Below the pieces are notes generated by a model. The model saw nothing but the letters and a program-made list of their open reading frames with translations, was not told the origin of the DNA and made no database searches. A stretch of 64,000 nucleotides of DNA, taken from positions 1-64,000 of IMG/VR virus record IMGVR_UViG_3300033153_007973; one strand, given 5' to 3'. Position numbers and translations under genes: made by a program. The number at the start of each line of letters is the position of its first letter. Position 1 is the stretch's first letter. This document shows positions 9,351 to 18,831 of the stretch, piece by piece.

Positions 9351-10493
9351 TTATTCGTAATCACGAATTATGCCGACTGGAAACTGAGGAACTGCCTTGC
9401 CATTTCCATCGGTACTACTAGTAATTGTCTGGTATCGTACCGTTAGTTGTTTACCGAGGTATGTGCCTTCTCCAGCTTTGAGCATTTCTTGACGATAAAG
9501 AAGAGTTCCTTTTGGGCGAACATTGAATTCTGCACCATCTTTAGTCTTACATTTAAACATAATACAGGTATAATGAATTCCATTTATGTCTTGAGTCTCA
9601 GACTCTACGCCTATGATTTTATATTCTTTCTCTTCCATATCTTTTTTCTTGAGTAAATCATTGCTTCTGTGACCATAAAGGTATTCAGATGCAGCATTAC
9701 GGATGATCGTGCCTTCGAAGCCTTCTTTGATGAAGTCTTTATGGAATTTCTCCATATCGGCTTCAGTTTTACATGGTTCAGTAGCCACGGCTCTGAGGGG
9801 ATTCTTCACCGCTCCTTGCCAACTACTTTTGCTACCCCATCTGTGTTCAAACCTACCTGTATCTGGAGTTGCATCATCGAATATCCAGTATTCGAGTGTT
9901 TGGGTATCTTCGCGAGCTTTCTTGGTTGCTGAGGCAATTCTCTGAAGGCTCCATCCATGATAATAGAGCTCACCATCTAGAGTTTGTCCGGGTCTCATGA
10001 TTTCTTTCAGGCGTTCTATGAGCTTCTTATTCTCTTTCATAACGGCATAGTAGTCCTTACCGTTACGACTGGTCATAGTCAAGCTACCATCATCATTCAT
10101 GGTGGTCATGCAGCGAACGCCATCAAGCTTTGGTTGGACATATGCTGGCCATGTTATATGTTTCTTGCGTTCTTTGTACTTATGTGCTAACATTGGGCGT
10201 GTGGAGATATGCTTTTCGGCGTCCTTCATAGATTCTGTATACTCTTTGCGTTCCTTCTTGTGTGTCCAAGATGCTTCTGCTTCAAGATATGCTTGCTCGA
10301 GGGGTGTAGTGGCGTTTGACTTACCAATATTCTTTCCCTCTGTAATGGTTTTGCTACGTTCGATCATCTTACCATCGACTTTGCCATTATTGGTAACAAT
10401 AATTGCATACTTACCGACACTTGCCACGCGGATGGACCATTGCTTGATTCCTCCATCCTTGGACTTTGCATAGAGTATTGGAAACTTAGTCAT
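9351..10493 (-). CDS. ATP-dependent DNA ligase
   Basis: PMLA, QPKLDGVRC, LDGELY, FEGTIIR, RSNDLLKKK, TVRYQ, PQFPV. Confidence 0.93.
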   Translation of the reverse strand: MTKFPILYAKSKDGGIKQWSIRVASVGKYAIIVTNNGKVDGKMIERSKTITEGKNIGKSNATTPLEQAYLEAEASWTHKKERKEYTESMKDAEKHISTRPMLAHKYKERKKHITWPAYVQPKLDGVRCMTTMNDDGSLTMTSRNGKDYYAVMKENKKLIERLKEIMRPGQTLDGELYYHGWSLQRIASATKKAREDTQTLEYWIFDDATPDTGRFEHRWGSKSSWQGAVKNPLRAVATEPCKTEADMEKFHKDFIKEGFEGTIIRNAASEYLYGHRSNDLLKKKDMEEKEYKIIGVESETQDINGIHYTCIMFKCKTKDGAEFNVRPKGTLLYRQEMLKAGEGTYLGKQLTVRYQTITSSTDGNGKAVPQFPVGIIRDYE

Positions 10494-10896
10494 AGTAATT
10501 ATCCTCTTCTTTTGTGGTCTCTTCCACGATAGTTTTCTGTCCTTTTCTTTCGTGAGATCTTAGCGTATTCGTAATATGTGCACCGAGAGTTGCATATCGT
10601 TCATTGGTTGAGCATGCGAGAATCCAGCCATCATCCATGGAGAAGATCTTGCTTTCGATCTCCATTGACTCCTTGTTTACGTAGGAAATCTTGTAAGATA
10701 CCTGATCATCTTCTGTATGGTAGAATCGCTTCTCTTCACCAGGTGATCTTGCTGCGTTGGTAAAGCACCAGTTGGCTTTTCCGACTGGTCCTTTTCCATA
10801 TTCTATCTTGTGGTTATCTCCGCACGTGAGACAGCCAATGAGAAAGATTCCGCATAGGAAACCGATGAGTCCGCCAGCCCAGAATTCTCCGTCCAT
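10486..10896 (-). CDS. Hypothetical membrane-anchored protein
   Basis: N-terminal hydrophobic helix. Confidence 0.55.
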   Translation of the reverse strand: MDGEFWAGGLIGFLCGIFLIGCLTCGDNHKIEYGKGPVGKANWCFTNAARSPGEEKRFYHTEDDQVSYKISYVNKESMEIESKIFSMDDGWILACSTNERYATLGAHITNTLRSHERKGQKTIVEETTKEEDNYYD

Positions 10897-11486
10897 TATT
10901 TCTTCTCCTTCTTTGTTATAACCTCATCGACGAGGCCATACTTGACTGCTTCCTCGGCAGTCATGTAATTATTTCTCTCAGTATCGATGGTGATCTTCTC
11001 GATTTTATGACCTGTATGATATGCCAGAATTTCGTCGAGCTTTCTCCTGGTCTTTTTCATCTCCTCGGCTTCGATCATGACATCTGTTTCCTGTCCGGAT
11101 GCGCCGCCAGCCACCTGGTGAATCATTACTTTTGCATTGGGTAGGATCTTACGTTTACCCTTAGCGCCCGCGGTCAGGAGAAGTGACCCCATAGAAGCAG
11201 CCATACCGATGCAGAGAGTACATACATCTGCCTCGATATATTGCATAGTATCATAAATGGCTAATCCCTCGGAGACAATACCACCCGGTGAATTGATATA
11301 GAAGAAGATATCTTTCTTGGGATCCTCAGCTTCAAGGAACAGAAGCTGCGCTGTGATCAATGCAGAGGAAACAGATTCAACTGCCCCATGAAGCATGACT
11401 ACTCGTTCTTTAAGCAGTCTGGAGAAGATATCATAGGATCGTTCACCTCTGCTGGTCTGTTCGATTACGACTGGTACGAGGTTCAT
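10896..11486 (-). CDS. clpP: ATP-dependent Clp protease proteolytic subunit
   Basis: [54 protein letters not shown]. Confidence 0.97.
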   Translation of the reverse strand: MNLVPVVIEQTSRGERSYDIFSRLLKERVVMLHGAVESVSSALITAQLLFLEAEDPKKDIFFYINSPGGIVSEGLAIYDTMQYIEADVCTLCIGMAASMGSLLLTAGAKGKRKILPNAKVMIHQVAGGASGQETDVMIEAEEMKKTRRKLDEILAYHTGHKIEKITIDTERNNYMTAEEAVKYGLVDEVITKKEKK

Positions 11487-12039
11487 GTAGTCTCCTTTAA
11501 GTCTGTACTGCCGATACCAGGGACTTCGCTCATGATTTCCCCGATCTTCTCAGCTTCTTTATTGTTATTATATATGTTGCTTCGTGATAGGGTATAGTTT
11601 TTGTAGGACATACAATCTTTCGAGTATGCCTTGTCAGTTCCTGCACGGTTTTCATGTCCAAGTTTACGGTATCGACCGCATGCTGGGCATCTTATGTGTT
11701 TAATCATCGTTGACTCTCCTATATCCGTTAGTTACATTTGAGTATGACCATGATACTCTACCATTTGGCCATTGTATAAGGCAATGGTGTGGCATTACAA
11801 GAGTAATGTCTTGACCATCACTGTTCCTATAGTAAGTATTTGTTCCTTCTCCAATCCAGATCTTAACTCTAATCGGGTCTTTTGGCGGAATGATAATATA
11901 CTCAATGCTATTGTGCTGATTTTCCTTGAAGAGCTGTTCTGCACTCTTCCAGTATGGTTTGGGTCCTTCTGCTGATTTTTGTTGTGTGATAGGTCCACAG
12001 GATAGAACTAGAACGAGCACCACTATTATATATTTCATT

Positions 12040-12774
12040 TTAGTTATAAGGATGGAATGGCAGCTGTTCTTTAAAGTCATTGTATCTAACTCTGCTGACA
12101 ATCGTTCCTATTTGTTCTTCTGTTACTCGAGTATTACGAGATAATGGTTGACTATCGTATACATATTTGAGAATGGCATCCATCTCAGCATAAGTCATTC
12201 CGATGTCACCTTCATCTGTCTGATCCTTCCATAGTTCAGCAGTTGCTGGTCTATCGATAATCTCTTCAGGTACTTTGAGAATTTTCGCCATCTCATATAC
12301 GTCTGTTTTGTAGACATTCCAGAGAGGAGCAATATCTTCTGCACCATCACCATGAAGAGTATAGTATCCTAGCATTCTCTCGGTCTTATTGCTTGTACCG
12401 AGTACGATTGATTGATGGGCTTTAGCCTGATCATATAGACAAATCATGCGCACTCTGGCCATGATGTTGCCTTTACGTATTAAACTGAGATCTGTATTAA
12501 GGTCTGCACATGCATTTACTGCATGTGAGATAGGTATGGTCATGTGATTTACATGCATCTGTTCTGCGAGGCGACCTGCAATAGTGGTTGATGATGTACG
12601 AGTATACGGTAAGCTGTATGTTCGTACACAGTCATATCCTATGGCCTTCACTGCCAACATAAGACAGACCGCTGAGTCCAAGCCTCCGGAGAGACCCAGA
12701 ACCACTCCTTGCATGTCTCCTACTTTTTCTACGATAAACTTTGTGAGTTCATCTATCTTATATTCTATATTCAT
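12040..12774 (-). CDS. nadE: NH3-dependent NAD+ synthetase
   Basis: VVLGLSGGLDSA, GNIMARVRM, VLGTSNKTE..LGYYTLHGDG, PATAELW..QTDE. The ORF-track start overlaps a tRNA; true start likely 12774. Confidence 0.93.
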   Translation of the reverse strand: MNIEYKIDELTKFIVEKVGDMQGVVLGLSGGLDSAVCLMLAVKAIGYDCVRTYSLPYTRTSSTTIAGRLAEQMHVNHMTIPISHAVNACADLNTDLSLIRKGNIMARVRMICLYDQAKAHQSIVLGTSNKTERMLGYYTLHGDGAEDIAPLWNVYKTDVYEMAKILKVPEEIIDRPATAELWKDQTDEGDIGMTYAEMDAILKYVYDSQPLSRNTRVTEEQIGTIVSRVRYNDFKEQLPFHPYN

Positions 12775-12794
12775 CTCATATCCTCCCAGATATG

Positions 12795-12866
12795 CAGCCG
12801 GTGTTGGAATCGAACCAAACGTTCTCAGGATCAAAACCTGATGTCCTACCATTGAACGAACCGGCT
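12795..12866 (-). tRNA. tRNA-Gln(TTG)
   Basis: AGCCGGT/ACCGGCT acceptor, TCAGG-TTTTGAT-CCTGA anticodon arm, TTCGATT T loop. Confidence 0.9.
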
Positions 12867-12868
12867 AT

Positions 12869-14023
12869 TTATGCTCCTGCCTTGAAATTATAGATAGGCT
12901 TAACAAACTTCTTGACCTCGACGGTGTCCTCCATTGCCTTGATAATCATATCTTTATCTTTGTATGCGCCTGGAGCTTCATCGAGAGTGTTCTTTGTTGC
13001 TGATGTTGTAAATACGCCGGCATCCTTCATGCCTGCCTGCATGTCTTCTAGGGAGAGCTGTTCCTTAGCTCTCTTCCTGGAGAGGACTCGGCCGGCACCA
13101 TGTGGTGCTGAGAAGTTCCAGTCCTTATTACCTTTGCCCTTACCAAGAATTAAGCCATCCTTCATATTAAATGGAATGACTACTTCTAGATCCTTAGATG
13201 CATTAATAGCACCCTTGCGGATGATACCAGCATGTGTATCTATATAGTTATGTACTGAATGAATCTGATGTCGTGGTTCGAGACTACACCCCTTTTGCAG
13301 ATGTTCCAGAATCTTCTTAGTTAGTAGTTCTCGATTGATTTGTGCGAAGGTTGTAGCAACTCGCATGTCTTCTAGATACTCTTTAGATCCAAATTCCTCT
13401 GTGAGGAACTCGAGACGGTGATATGCAGCACCAATGAACATCTTCTTCATTGCTTCTTTGGCTTTGTTCTGGTGGTGCATGCAGATATCATTACCAAACT
13501 TTCTGGATCCTGAGTGTATCGTGAGCCATTTCTGATCTTCCTCATCGATGCCTATCTCAATGAAGTGGTTCCCACCACCTAGGCTACCCATTGCATGGAG
13601 GTTTCTGTTAGTGTCTGTCTTCATGCGAGTACCAACTTCTGTGATTCTCTCCATGAGAGGGCCTAAGATGCCTCTGGGATTTGGTGTCTTAGCGTTTACA
13701 CTGAAACCGCTTGCGATGCTATTATGAATAAAGTTGTCAAGCTTCTCGAGGTTGATATCGTCATCATTTAGTTTCGTGGAGAGCACGCCACATCCGATAT
13801 CTACACCCACAATGCAAGGAATGACATATTCATTCGTGGTCATAGTGAATCCAATACAGCTACCCATACCAGCATGACAATCAGGCATAATTACGATATT
13901 GGACTTTGCAAATGCAGGATGGTTAAGGAAGCCATAAATCTGAGTAGTGACAGATTCTTCCAGATGAGATTCATCTGGAAGCATGATCTTAGCTACGTTG
14001 TGCTTTGCTTTGATTACGAACAT
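12869..14023 (-). CDS. rtcB: RtcB RNA ligase (3'-phosphate/5'-OH)
   Basis: IMPDCHAG, VGVDIGCG, GSLGGGNHFIE, IHSGSR, HNY, RKGA, SAPHGAGR, DEAPGAYK. Confidence 0.96.
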   Translation of the reverse strand: MFVIKAKHNVAKIMLPDESHLEESVTTQIYGFLNHPAFAKSNIVIMPDCHAGMGSCIGFTMTTNEYVIPCIVGVDIGCGVLSTKLNDDDINLEKLDNFIHNSIASGFSVNAKTPNPRGILGPLMERITEVGTRMKTDTNRNLHAMGSLGGGNHFIEIGIDEEDQKWLTIHSGSRKFGNDICMHHQNKAKEAMKKMFIGAAYHRLEFLTEEFGSKEYLEDMRVATTFAQINRELLTKKILEHLQKGCSLEPRHQIHSVHNYIDTHAGIIRKGAINASKDLEVVIPFNMKDGLILGKGKGNKDWNFSAPHGAGRVLSRKRAKEQLSLEDMQAGMKDAGVFTTSATKNTLDEAPGAYKDKDMIIKAMEDTVEVKKFVKPIYNFKAGA

Positions 14024-14580
14024 TGTTCTTCCTCCTTCTCCTTCTTGGCTTTGTCTATTTCCAACATACGATGGTACATTACATATACCATAGGATCGAC
14101 AGCTTCATCAATATTATCAGTCCAGTAACAGTGTGCTTTCTTTTCCAGCTCCGAACCATCACCCTCGCCTTTACCAGTGCGTTTAACTTCGGATAGGTCT
14201 ACAGTGAATAGGTGATATACTGTGTCACATGATTTCGTTCCGCGGCAAGTGCCTAAAGACACGAGTTTATCTACGTGAATAGCATATCCTGCTTCTTCCC
14301 ATAACTCTTTGGTAGCCAAAGCAGAGTGGAGAAGCTGGGGTTCCATTCCTCCTGTTAGAGAACTGATCTCTTGTTTCATCGACCAGCAAGGTGTGACTTC
14401 CTTCCGTAGGAGAAATTGGACACCATCTTCTGCATCCTCAGAATATCGGTATGGTAGAATGGCTATAATCTCACCATTACAGCGTTTCTCATGAGAGAAT
14501 ACGTATCCCTTGATGCCCTTTGCAGGGTCAACAGCTCTCTTCAGGGATACCCATTCGTTTTCGTATAGTGTTTCTATCAT
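14014..14580 (-). CDS. NUDIX hydrolase
   Basis: GGMEP....ALATKELWEEAGY Nudix box. Confidence 0.8.
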   Translation of the reverse strand: MIETLYENEWVSLKRAVDPAKGIKGYVFSHEKRCNGEIIAILPYRYSEDAEDGVQFLLRKEVTPCWSMKQEISSLTGGMEPQLLHSALATKELWEEAGYAIHVDKLVSLGTCRGTKSCDTVYHLFTVDLSEVKRTGKGEGDGSELEKKAHCYWTDNIDEAVDPMVYVMYHRMLEIDKAKKEKEEEQCS

Positions 14581-14594
14581 TTTTATCTCCTTTA

Positions 14595-14668
14595 TTGACC
14601 CGGCGAGATTCGAACTCGCGACATTCAGATTAGGAATCTGATACTCTATCCAGCTGAGCTACGAGTCA
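14595..14668 (-). tRNA. tRNA-Arg(CCT)
   Basis: TAGCTCAGCTGGATAGAG D arm; TCAGA-TTCCTAA-TCTGA; TTCGAAT. Confidence 0.92.
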
Positions 14669-14895
14669 GTATTATCTACGTGCTGAAGGCATAATGCTGA
14701 GATCAGCTGCGACAACTGCAAAGTCTCTGCGATTGATACCATGTTGTTCCCATTTGTAATCGTTATCTAACTCAGTTATGGCACGATTCATCTGACGAAA
14801 CGTAAGTATCTTGTCTTCTTCAGTTGCAGATACCGAGATCTTTTGTCTGTTGCGGCAAATGAATTCACCGCGATCATTCATAAAGACATAGACTC

Positions 14896-15435
14896 TCATT
14901 GCTGGCCATCCCTTCTTCCGTGAATAATATGGCTGATATATGATGTTGTGCATTTGTATTTGCGTGCAATTTCTTGTCCTTCAATGCCTGCTCTCCAGAG
15001 ACGTTTTACTTCTCGTCTCATTTTCTTGCGAGACTTTCTTCTGGCAGCATTGATTTTACGTACACGGGTTTTCTTATCGACAGCTGTCTTGATTCGATCA
15101 GCTACATCATTACTATGATTTCTAGATGCATCAATTACTGCAAGCATTTGTTTAATGTCTCTTTGTCTGTGTATTCCCATATAAGGGTATAGCTTAGCTA
15201 AGAGATTCTCAATTTCGTATCGCTTATGAAGACCCCACATATATGCTGTACCATGTACGCGAGGGCGGTTCTTAATTGGATGTACTGTACCGCCGGCGAT
15301 TCCCTTTATCTTGTACATGATATCTCGTTTGTATGATGTGGTGCGGAGTTGAGTAATATTACTATATTTCTGTATGATAAAGGATCCTCGACTCTCAAAG
15401 AACCCAGCTAACCATTTTAAATCACCTATCTTCAT
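14896..15435 (-). CDS. LAGLIDADG-like homing endonuclease with C-terminal HTH
   Basis: LKWLAGFFESRGSF (degenerate LAGLIDADG), LYPYM, EIARKYKCTTSYISHI. Confidence 0.65.
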   Translation of the reverse strand: MKIGDLKWLAGFFESRGSFIIQKYSNITQLRTTSYKRDIMYKIKGIAGGTVHPIKNRPRVHGTAYMWGLHKRYEIENLLAKLYPYMGIHRQRDIKQMLAVIDASRNHSNDVADRIKTAVDKKTRVRKINAARRKSRKKMRREVKRLWRAGIEGQEIARKYKCTTSYISHIIHGRRDGQQ

Positions 15436-15685
15436 CTTTTCTTCCTCTCTTTTTGGACTAGGAAAAACATAGACCAGCTACCAAATTGTATGCCATTTGA
15501 CATCGATGAGTGAACGTATATGTCTGGTTTGTTCTTATCGCTGCAAGCTTCATACTTACCAATGTTAAAGAGATCTCCTGATTGCTTAATGTCTTTCGGT
15601 CTTGCTGGACGATACTCGGTCATATTTGGCTCTATGATATTATAGCGTGTATTCTTGTGCTTCATTTGTTTCTCCTCCCAGAGAT

Positions 15686-15706
15686 CTGGCGTGACAGGAA
15701 TCGAAC
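15686..15706 (-). pseudogene. tRNA 3'-end remnant
   Basis: GTTCGATTCCTGTCACGCCAG: T loop, 3' T stem and acceptor strand only. Confidence 0.45.
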
Positions 15707-15718
15707 GTGTTAGTAATA

Positions 15719-16351
15719 TTATGCGTTTGCCTCTATTTCTTCCTGGATTTCTTCTTTCCTGATTTCATCTAGAAGATCATCTAGGAGAATAGCTTTCTTA
15801 TATGTCATCTCGTACCCGAGAATCTTCGGTTGCTTGGCTGTCCACTCGTCCAGTAGCTTCTGAAGTTCATTCATATCGAGGCTGTCTCTTGCATCTTCAT
15901 GGAAGTTCTCGAGTATGTGATACATTACATCGTCAGCATCAGGAGTCGGTGTGGGACATGAGTTACATGCCCACACATACTTGGGTCTGTCCTCTGGCTT
16001 TCTGTCGCACAGTTCGTCGTCGATTCCTCCATCGGTATTGACGTATCCGTCATTGGAGAAGTCATCGTGATACACGAATTCTCCTTTGTAGTCTTTGAGC
16101 TTAATCTTCTCAGCCGCTTCGAATGCTTTGGCTTCTTTCTCGGATTCCCTCTTGTCGCTACATGCTTGACAGATCGTATAGTGCTTCCTTTTAATGATAG
16201 CACCACATGTGCAGATATTATTGCAGCACTCTTTGGCTATGTTTTGAGCATCAGGTACCTTCGAGCTCCAATGGGTACCGCACTTTCCACAGGCATACGC
16301 CAATACGCCTTGAGGGTTTGAGTCCTTCGAAACTAATTCGATTACGTTCAT
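15719..16351 (-). CDS. Hypothetical Cys-rich (Zn-binding) protein
   Basis: CGKC, CTC, CQAC; start at 16351 follows AAGGAG. Confidence 0.6.
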   Translation of the reverse strand: MNVIELVSKDSNPQGVLAYACGKCGTHWSSKVPDAQNIAKECCNNICTCGAIIKRKHYTICQACSDKRESEKEAKAFEAAEKIKLKDYKGEFVYHDDFSNDGYVNTDGGIDDELCDRKPEDRPKYVWACNSCPTPTPDADDVMYHILENFHEDARDSLDMNELQKLLDEWTAKQPKILGYEMTYKKAILLDDLLDEIRKEEIQEEIEANA

Positions 16352-16362
16352 CTTCGTCTCCT

Positions 16363-16390
16363 TGCGGGTCTGAGAGGATTCGAATCCCTC
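16363..16390 (-). pseudogene. tRNA 3'-half remnant (Trp-like acceptor strand)
   Basis: GAGGGATTCGAATCCTCTCAGACCCGCA. Confidence 0.5.
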
Positions 16391-16408
16391 ATACTCTTTT
16401 CTGTTTAT

Positions 16409-16482
16409 TATCCCTGGGAGGGGTCGAACCTCCAGTCTCTCGGTTCGTAGCCGAGCGCTCTTATCCATTGAGCCACAGGGAC
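16409..16482 (-). tRNA. tRNA-Arg(ACG)
   Basis: GTCCCTG/CAGGGAT; CTCGG-CTACGAA-CCGAG; TTCGACC. Confidence 0.92.
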
Positions 16483-16861
16483 ATTAAAATGAGTAGCGAC
16501 CTTAGTGGGCGGGAAAGCACCGACAGGGAACAGCCTATCCCAGGTCAGGAGCTACTCTTCAGTAACCTGCAACTTCTAATATAATAACCGTTTAACGTAG
16601 TCACCAGCGGTCGCGCCAGGAATCTAGAGTTCCTGTCTAAATACTCATTTTTACCGGTCTGAGTATCCACACAACTTAAATGCTACAACGGCCTTCAACC
16701 GCGCTTTCCACGCAGTATCAGTTTCTTCTTTAAGTATGTATATTGCTATTTGTTTGTCATCTTATCTCACTATAAAGAACATTGTATACGTTACACCCAT
16801 TACGAATCCAAACATCATAAGGGCTATACGTACGTGATATTCTTGCATCTTTTCTCCTTTG

Positions 16862-16936
16862 AGCCGGAAACCGGACTCGAACCGGTAAATGATGGCTTTG
16901 CGGGCCATTGCCTTCCCATTATTTGGCGATTCCGGC
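16862..16936 (-). tRNA. tRNA-Cys(GCA)
   Basis: GCCGGAA/TTCCGGC, U73; ATGGC-CCGCAAA-GCCAT; TTCGAGT. Confidence 0.9.
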
Positions 16937-16939
16937 ATG

Positions 16940-16968
16940 CGGGCCCAGAGGGATTTGAACCCCCAACA
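16940..16968 (-). pseudogene. 3' half of an interrupted tRNA (probably Trp)
   Basis: TGTT-GGGGG-TTCAAAT-CCCTC-TGGGCCC-G begins right after the HNH stop; can pair with the GGGTCTA 5' half at 17578-17615. Confidence 0.7.
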
Positions 16969-17451
16969 CTACATGATATTATATCTTTTGGCCCATTTTC
17001 GTACTGCATTATCGGTTACTCCGAATTCTCTTCCGATAGTGCACCATGATTTGGTCTGTATTGCTATCTTTAGTTCTTCTCTGGAAGGTCTTTCCACCTT
17101 TCTGGATCCTACTGCGGAACATCTATATGAGCAATACTTCTTGTTCTCTGTGAGTTTTCCGCATTGCTTACATACTTGAGTTGGTACAGATTTTTCGCAG
17201 GAATATGTTCCATCATTTTCTAGCTTTGCGATTCCACCCATGTGGAATCTTGCATGTTCTCCTAGACTCCTGAATAACATGAGATTATCAATTTTGTTGT
17301 TAGTGCGATCGTTATCTCTATGATGAACAGTTTCTGATGACGTTAATGGTCGTCCAAACTTTTGTGAGATAACGTATCTATGCTCTAACATCATTCCGTT
17401 TTTACGCGTACTATTGCCTTTTGATGTTTCTTTATATTGCCATTTGCTCAT
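16969..17451 (-). CDS. HNH homing endonuclease with Zn ribbon and C-terminal HTH
   Basis: EHRYV..GRPL...ETVHHRDNDRTNNKIDNL; CKQC..YCSYRC; IGREFGVTDNAVRKW. Confidence 0.88.
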   Translation of the reverse strand: MSKWQYKETSKGNSTRKNGMMLEHRYVISQKFGRPLTSSETVHHRDNDRTNNKIDNLMLFRSLGEHARFHMGGIAKLENDGTYSCEKSVPTQVCKQCGKLTENKKYCSYRCSAVGSRKVERPSREELKIAIQTKSWCTIGREFGVTDNAVRKWAKRYNIM

Positions 17452-17469
17452 ATTCGAACCTCCATACCT

Positions 17470-17498
17470 ATTATAGTATGCAGGTTCGAATTTGTCAA
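17470..17498 (-). promoter_or_regulatory. Consensus sigma70 promoter inside an inverted repeat that covers the SD
   Basis: TTGACA-17-TATAAT; ATTCGAACCT.CATAC / GTATG.AGGTTCGAAT inverted repeat. Confidence 0.85.
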
Positions 17499-17500
17499 CT

Positions 17501-17571
17501 CGGGGTGACCAGGAATCGGACCCGGGTCAAGCGGGTTGGAACCGCGTATGTTGCCACTACACCATCACCCC
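17501..17571 (-). tRNA. tRNA-Trp(CCA), atypical (T loop TCCGATT)
   Basis: GGGGTGA/TCACCCC, G73; GCGG-TTCCAAC-CCGC. Confidence 0.8.
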
Positions 17572-17577
17572 ATTACA

Positions 17578-17615
17578 TTGGAATCCGATGCTCTGCCAAT
17601 TAGAGCTATAGACCC
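17578..17615 (-). pseudogene. 5' half of tRNA-Trp(CCA), truncated in the anticodon loop
   Basis: GGGTCTA-TA-GCTCTAATTGGCAGAGC-A-TCGGA-TTCCAA, then unrelated sequence. Confidence 0.8.
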
Positions 17616-18300
17616 AGCTGTTACTTATCTTTCTCTGCGTCACGTTTGTGTCGTCCTTCATCATCTTCCATGTTATACCACATGTTATCCAACATGTGGC
17701 CAATCATCTGGTATGTTTCGAAGGACGAGCTTGTGAGCTGTCTTATTTCTTTCTCTGTGAAATCAATTTCAGCGATTGTTCTGCCTTTAGGTCCCGGTTT
17801 TCCCACAGATATATTCTGTGTAAACTGTGAGTTTTTCCCGCGCCATCCCGATAGATAGTAACCATCGAGACCACGAATCATCATGTAGTCGGCCTTTACT
17901 GTAGCCCATGGACGTACAATGAAGGATAGTACTACTACTAATAAGCAAATGAATAGCGTATTCCCGAACCACTTTAGCATTATTCCTCCCTTATGACAGC
18001 TTCGTGGTTGCAGCATGGCATATAGAATATTTCCTCGTCCTGATCGGTGGTGTGTTCACCATTGACGTAGAAACCATCATTCCCCGCTTTGACAGTAATC
18101 TTCTTACCACAGTTGGGACATTTGGTGTCCTCTGGAGGTGTAAAGATTATTAGCTCTTCGCCGTATTCTTCGTCCAGTTTCTTAACTGCCATATTTTCCT
18201 CCTATTCCCAAATCTTATATACTATAAACTGCAGAATACCTAATCCAATTATTACTGGAATCATCCATTTATACTTTATTGTGTCAATCATTATTCTCTC

Positions 18301-18831
18301 CTATATGATTTTCTTGTTGAAGAACTTGTATGCTTCTTGGTGTCGCCATTTGCTGATGGCCTTATAATACTCTTGTCGTCCTTTATGAGTGATAATTGTT
18401 ACCGGATACTTCTTGATCTTGTTCTCGCACCACAGTAAGAGCAAGCGACCGGTTCGGCCATTTCCATCCACAAATGGATGTGTTACTTCGAATGCATAGT
18501 GTACATTCATGCAGTCAATTGGCTTCTTTACTTCGTTGGCTGCCTTCACTACTCTCTCCAGCATACCAAGAATCTTGGTAGGAGGCGGACAGCTAAAGCC
18601 TCCTACTCTAACAGCAACAGGTCTGATAAGTCCTGTATAATGAGGAGGTAAGATCCCTTTCATCATGGTCTTATGCCAGTTAAGGATGTCCTGAATTATC
18701 AGGTTTTTCTTGGTTGTCAATGCTTTTGCTGCAGCTTTTAAGTGTTGGTCGAACTCCGGTGTTCCTGGATCCTCAAAGATGTCCTCGATAGCATTTGACT
18801 CACTAACTAGTTCTTCTATTCTGTTTTCCAC
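18301..18831 (-). CDS. Fic-domain protein
   Basis: HPFVDGNGRTGR canonical motif; ESNAIE. Confidence 0.93.
   Translation of the reverse strand: MENRIEELVSESNAIEDIFEDPGTPEFDQHLKAAAKALTTKKNLIIQDILNWHKTMMKGILPPHYTGLIRPVAVRVGGFSCPPPTKILGMLERVVKAANEVKKPIDCMNVHYAFEVTHPFVDGNGRTGRLLLLWCENKIKKYPVTIITHKGRQEYYKAISKWRHQEAYKFFNKKII

Noticed and set aside
12775-12852. N-terminal extension of NadE in the ORF track (similarly 16352-16468 and 33238-33294)
   Set aside because: These extensions overlap tRNA genes; SD-preceded internal ATGs give better starts.
17501-17571. tRNA-Gly(TCC) reading of this tRNA
   Set aside because: The stem pairs only when the loop is TTCCAAC, which centres CCA (Trp); G73 also fits Trp.
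16940-17615. Group I intron within tRNA-Trp
   Set aside because: No P7/core motifs or space for a ribozyme; the insert is fully explained by tRNA + promoter + HNH, and part of the anticodon stem is missing.
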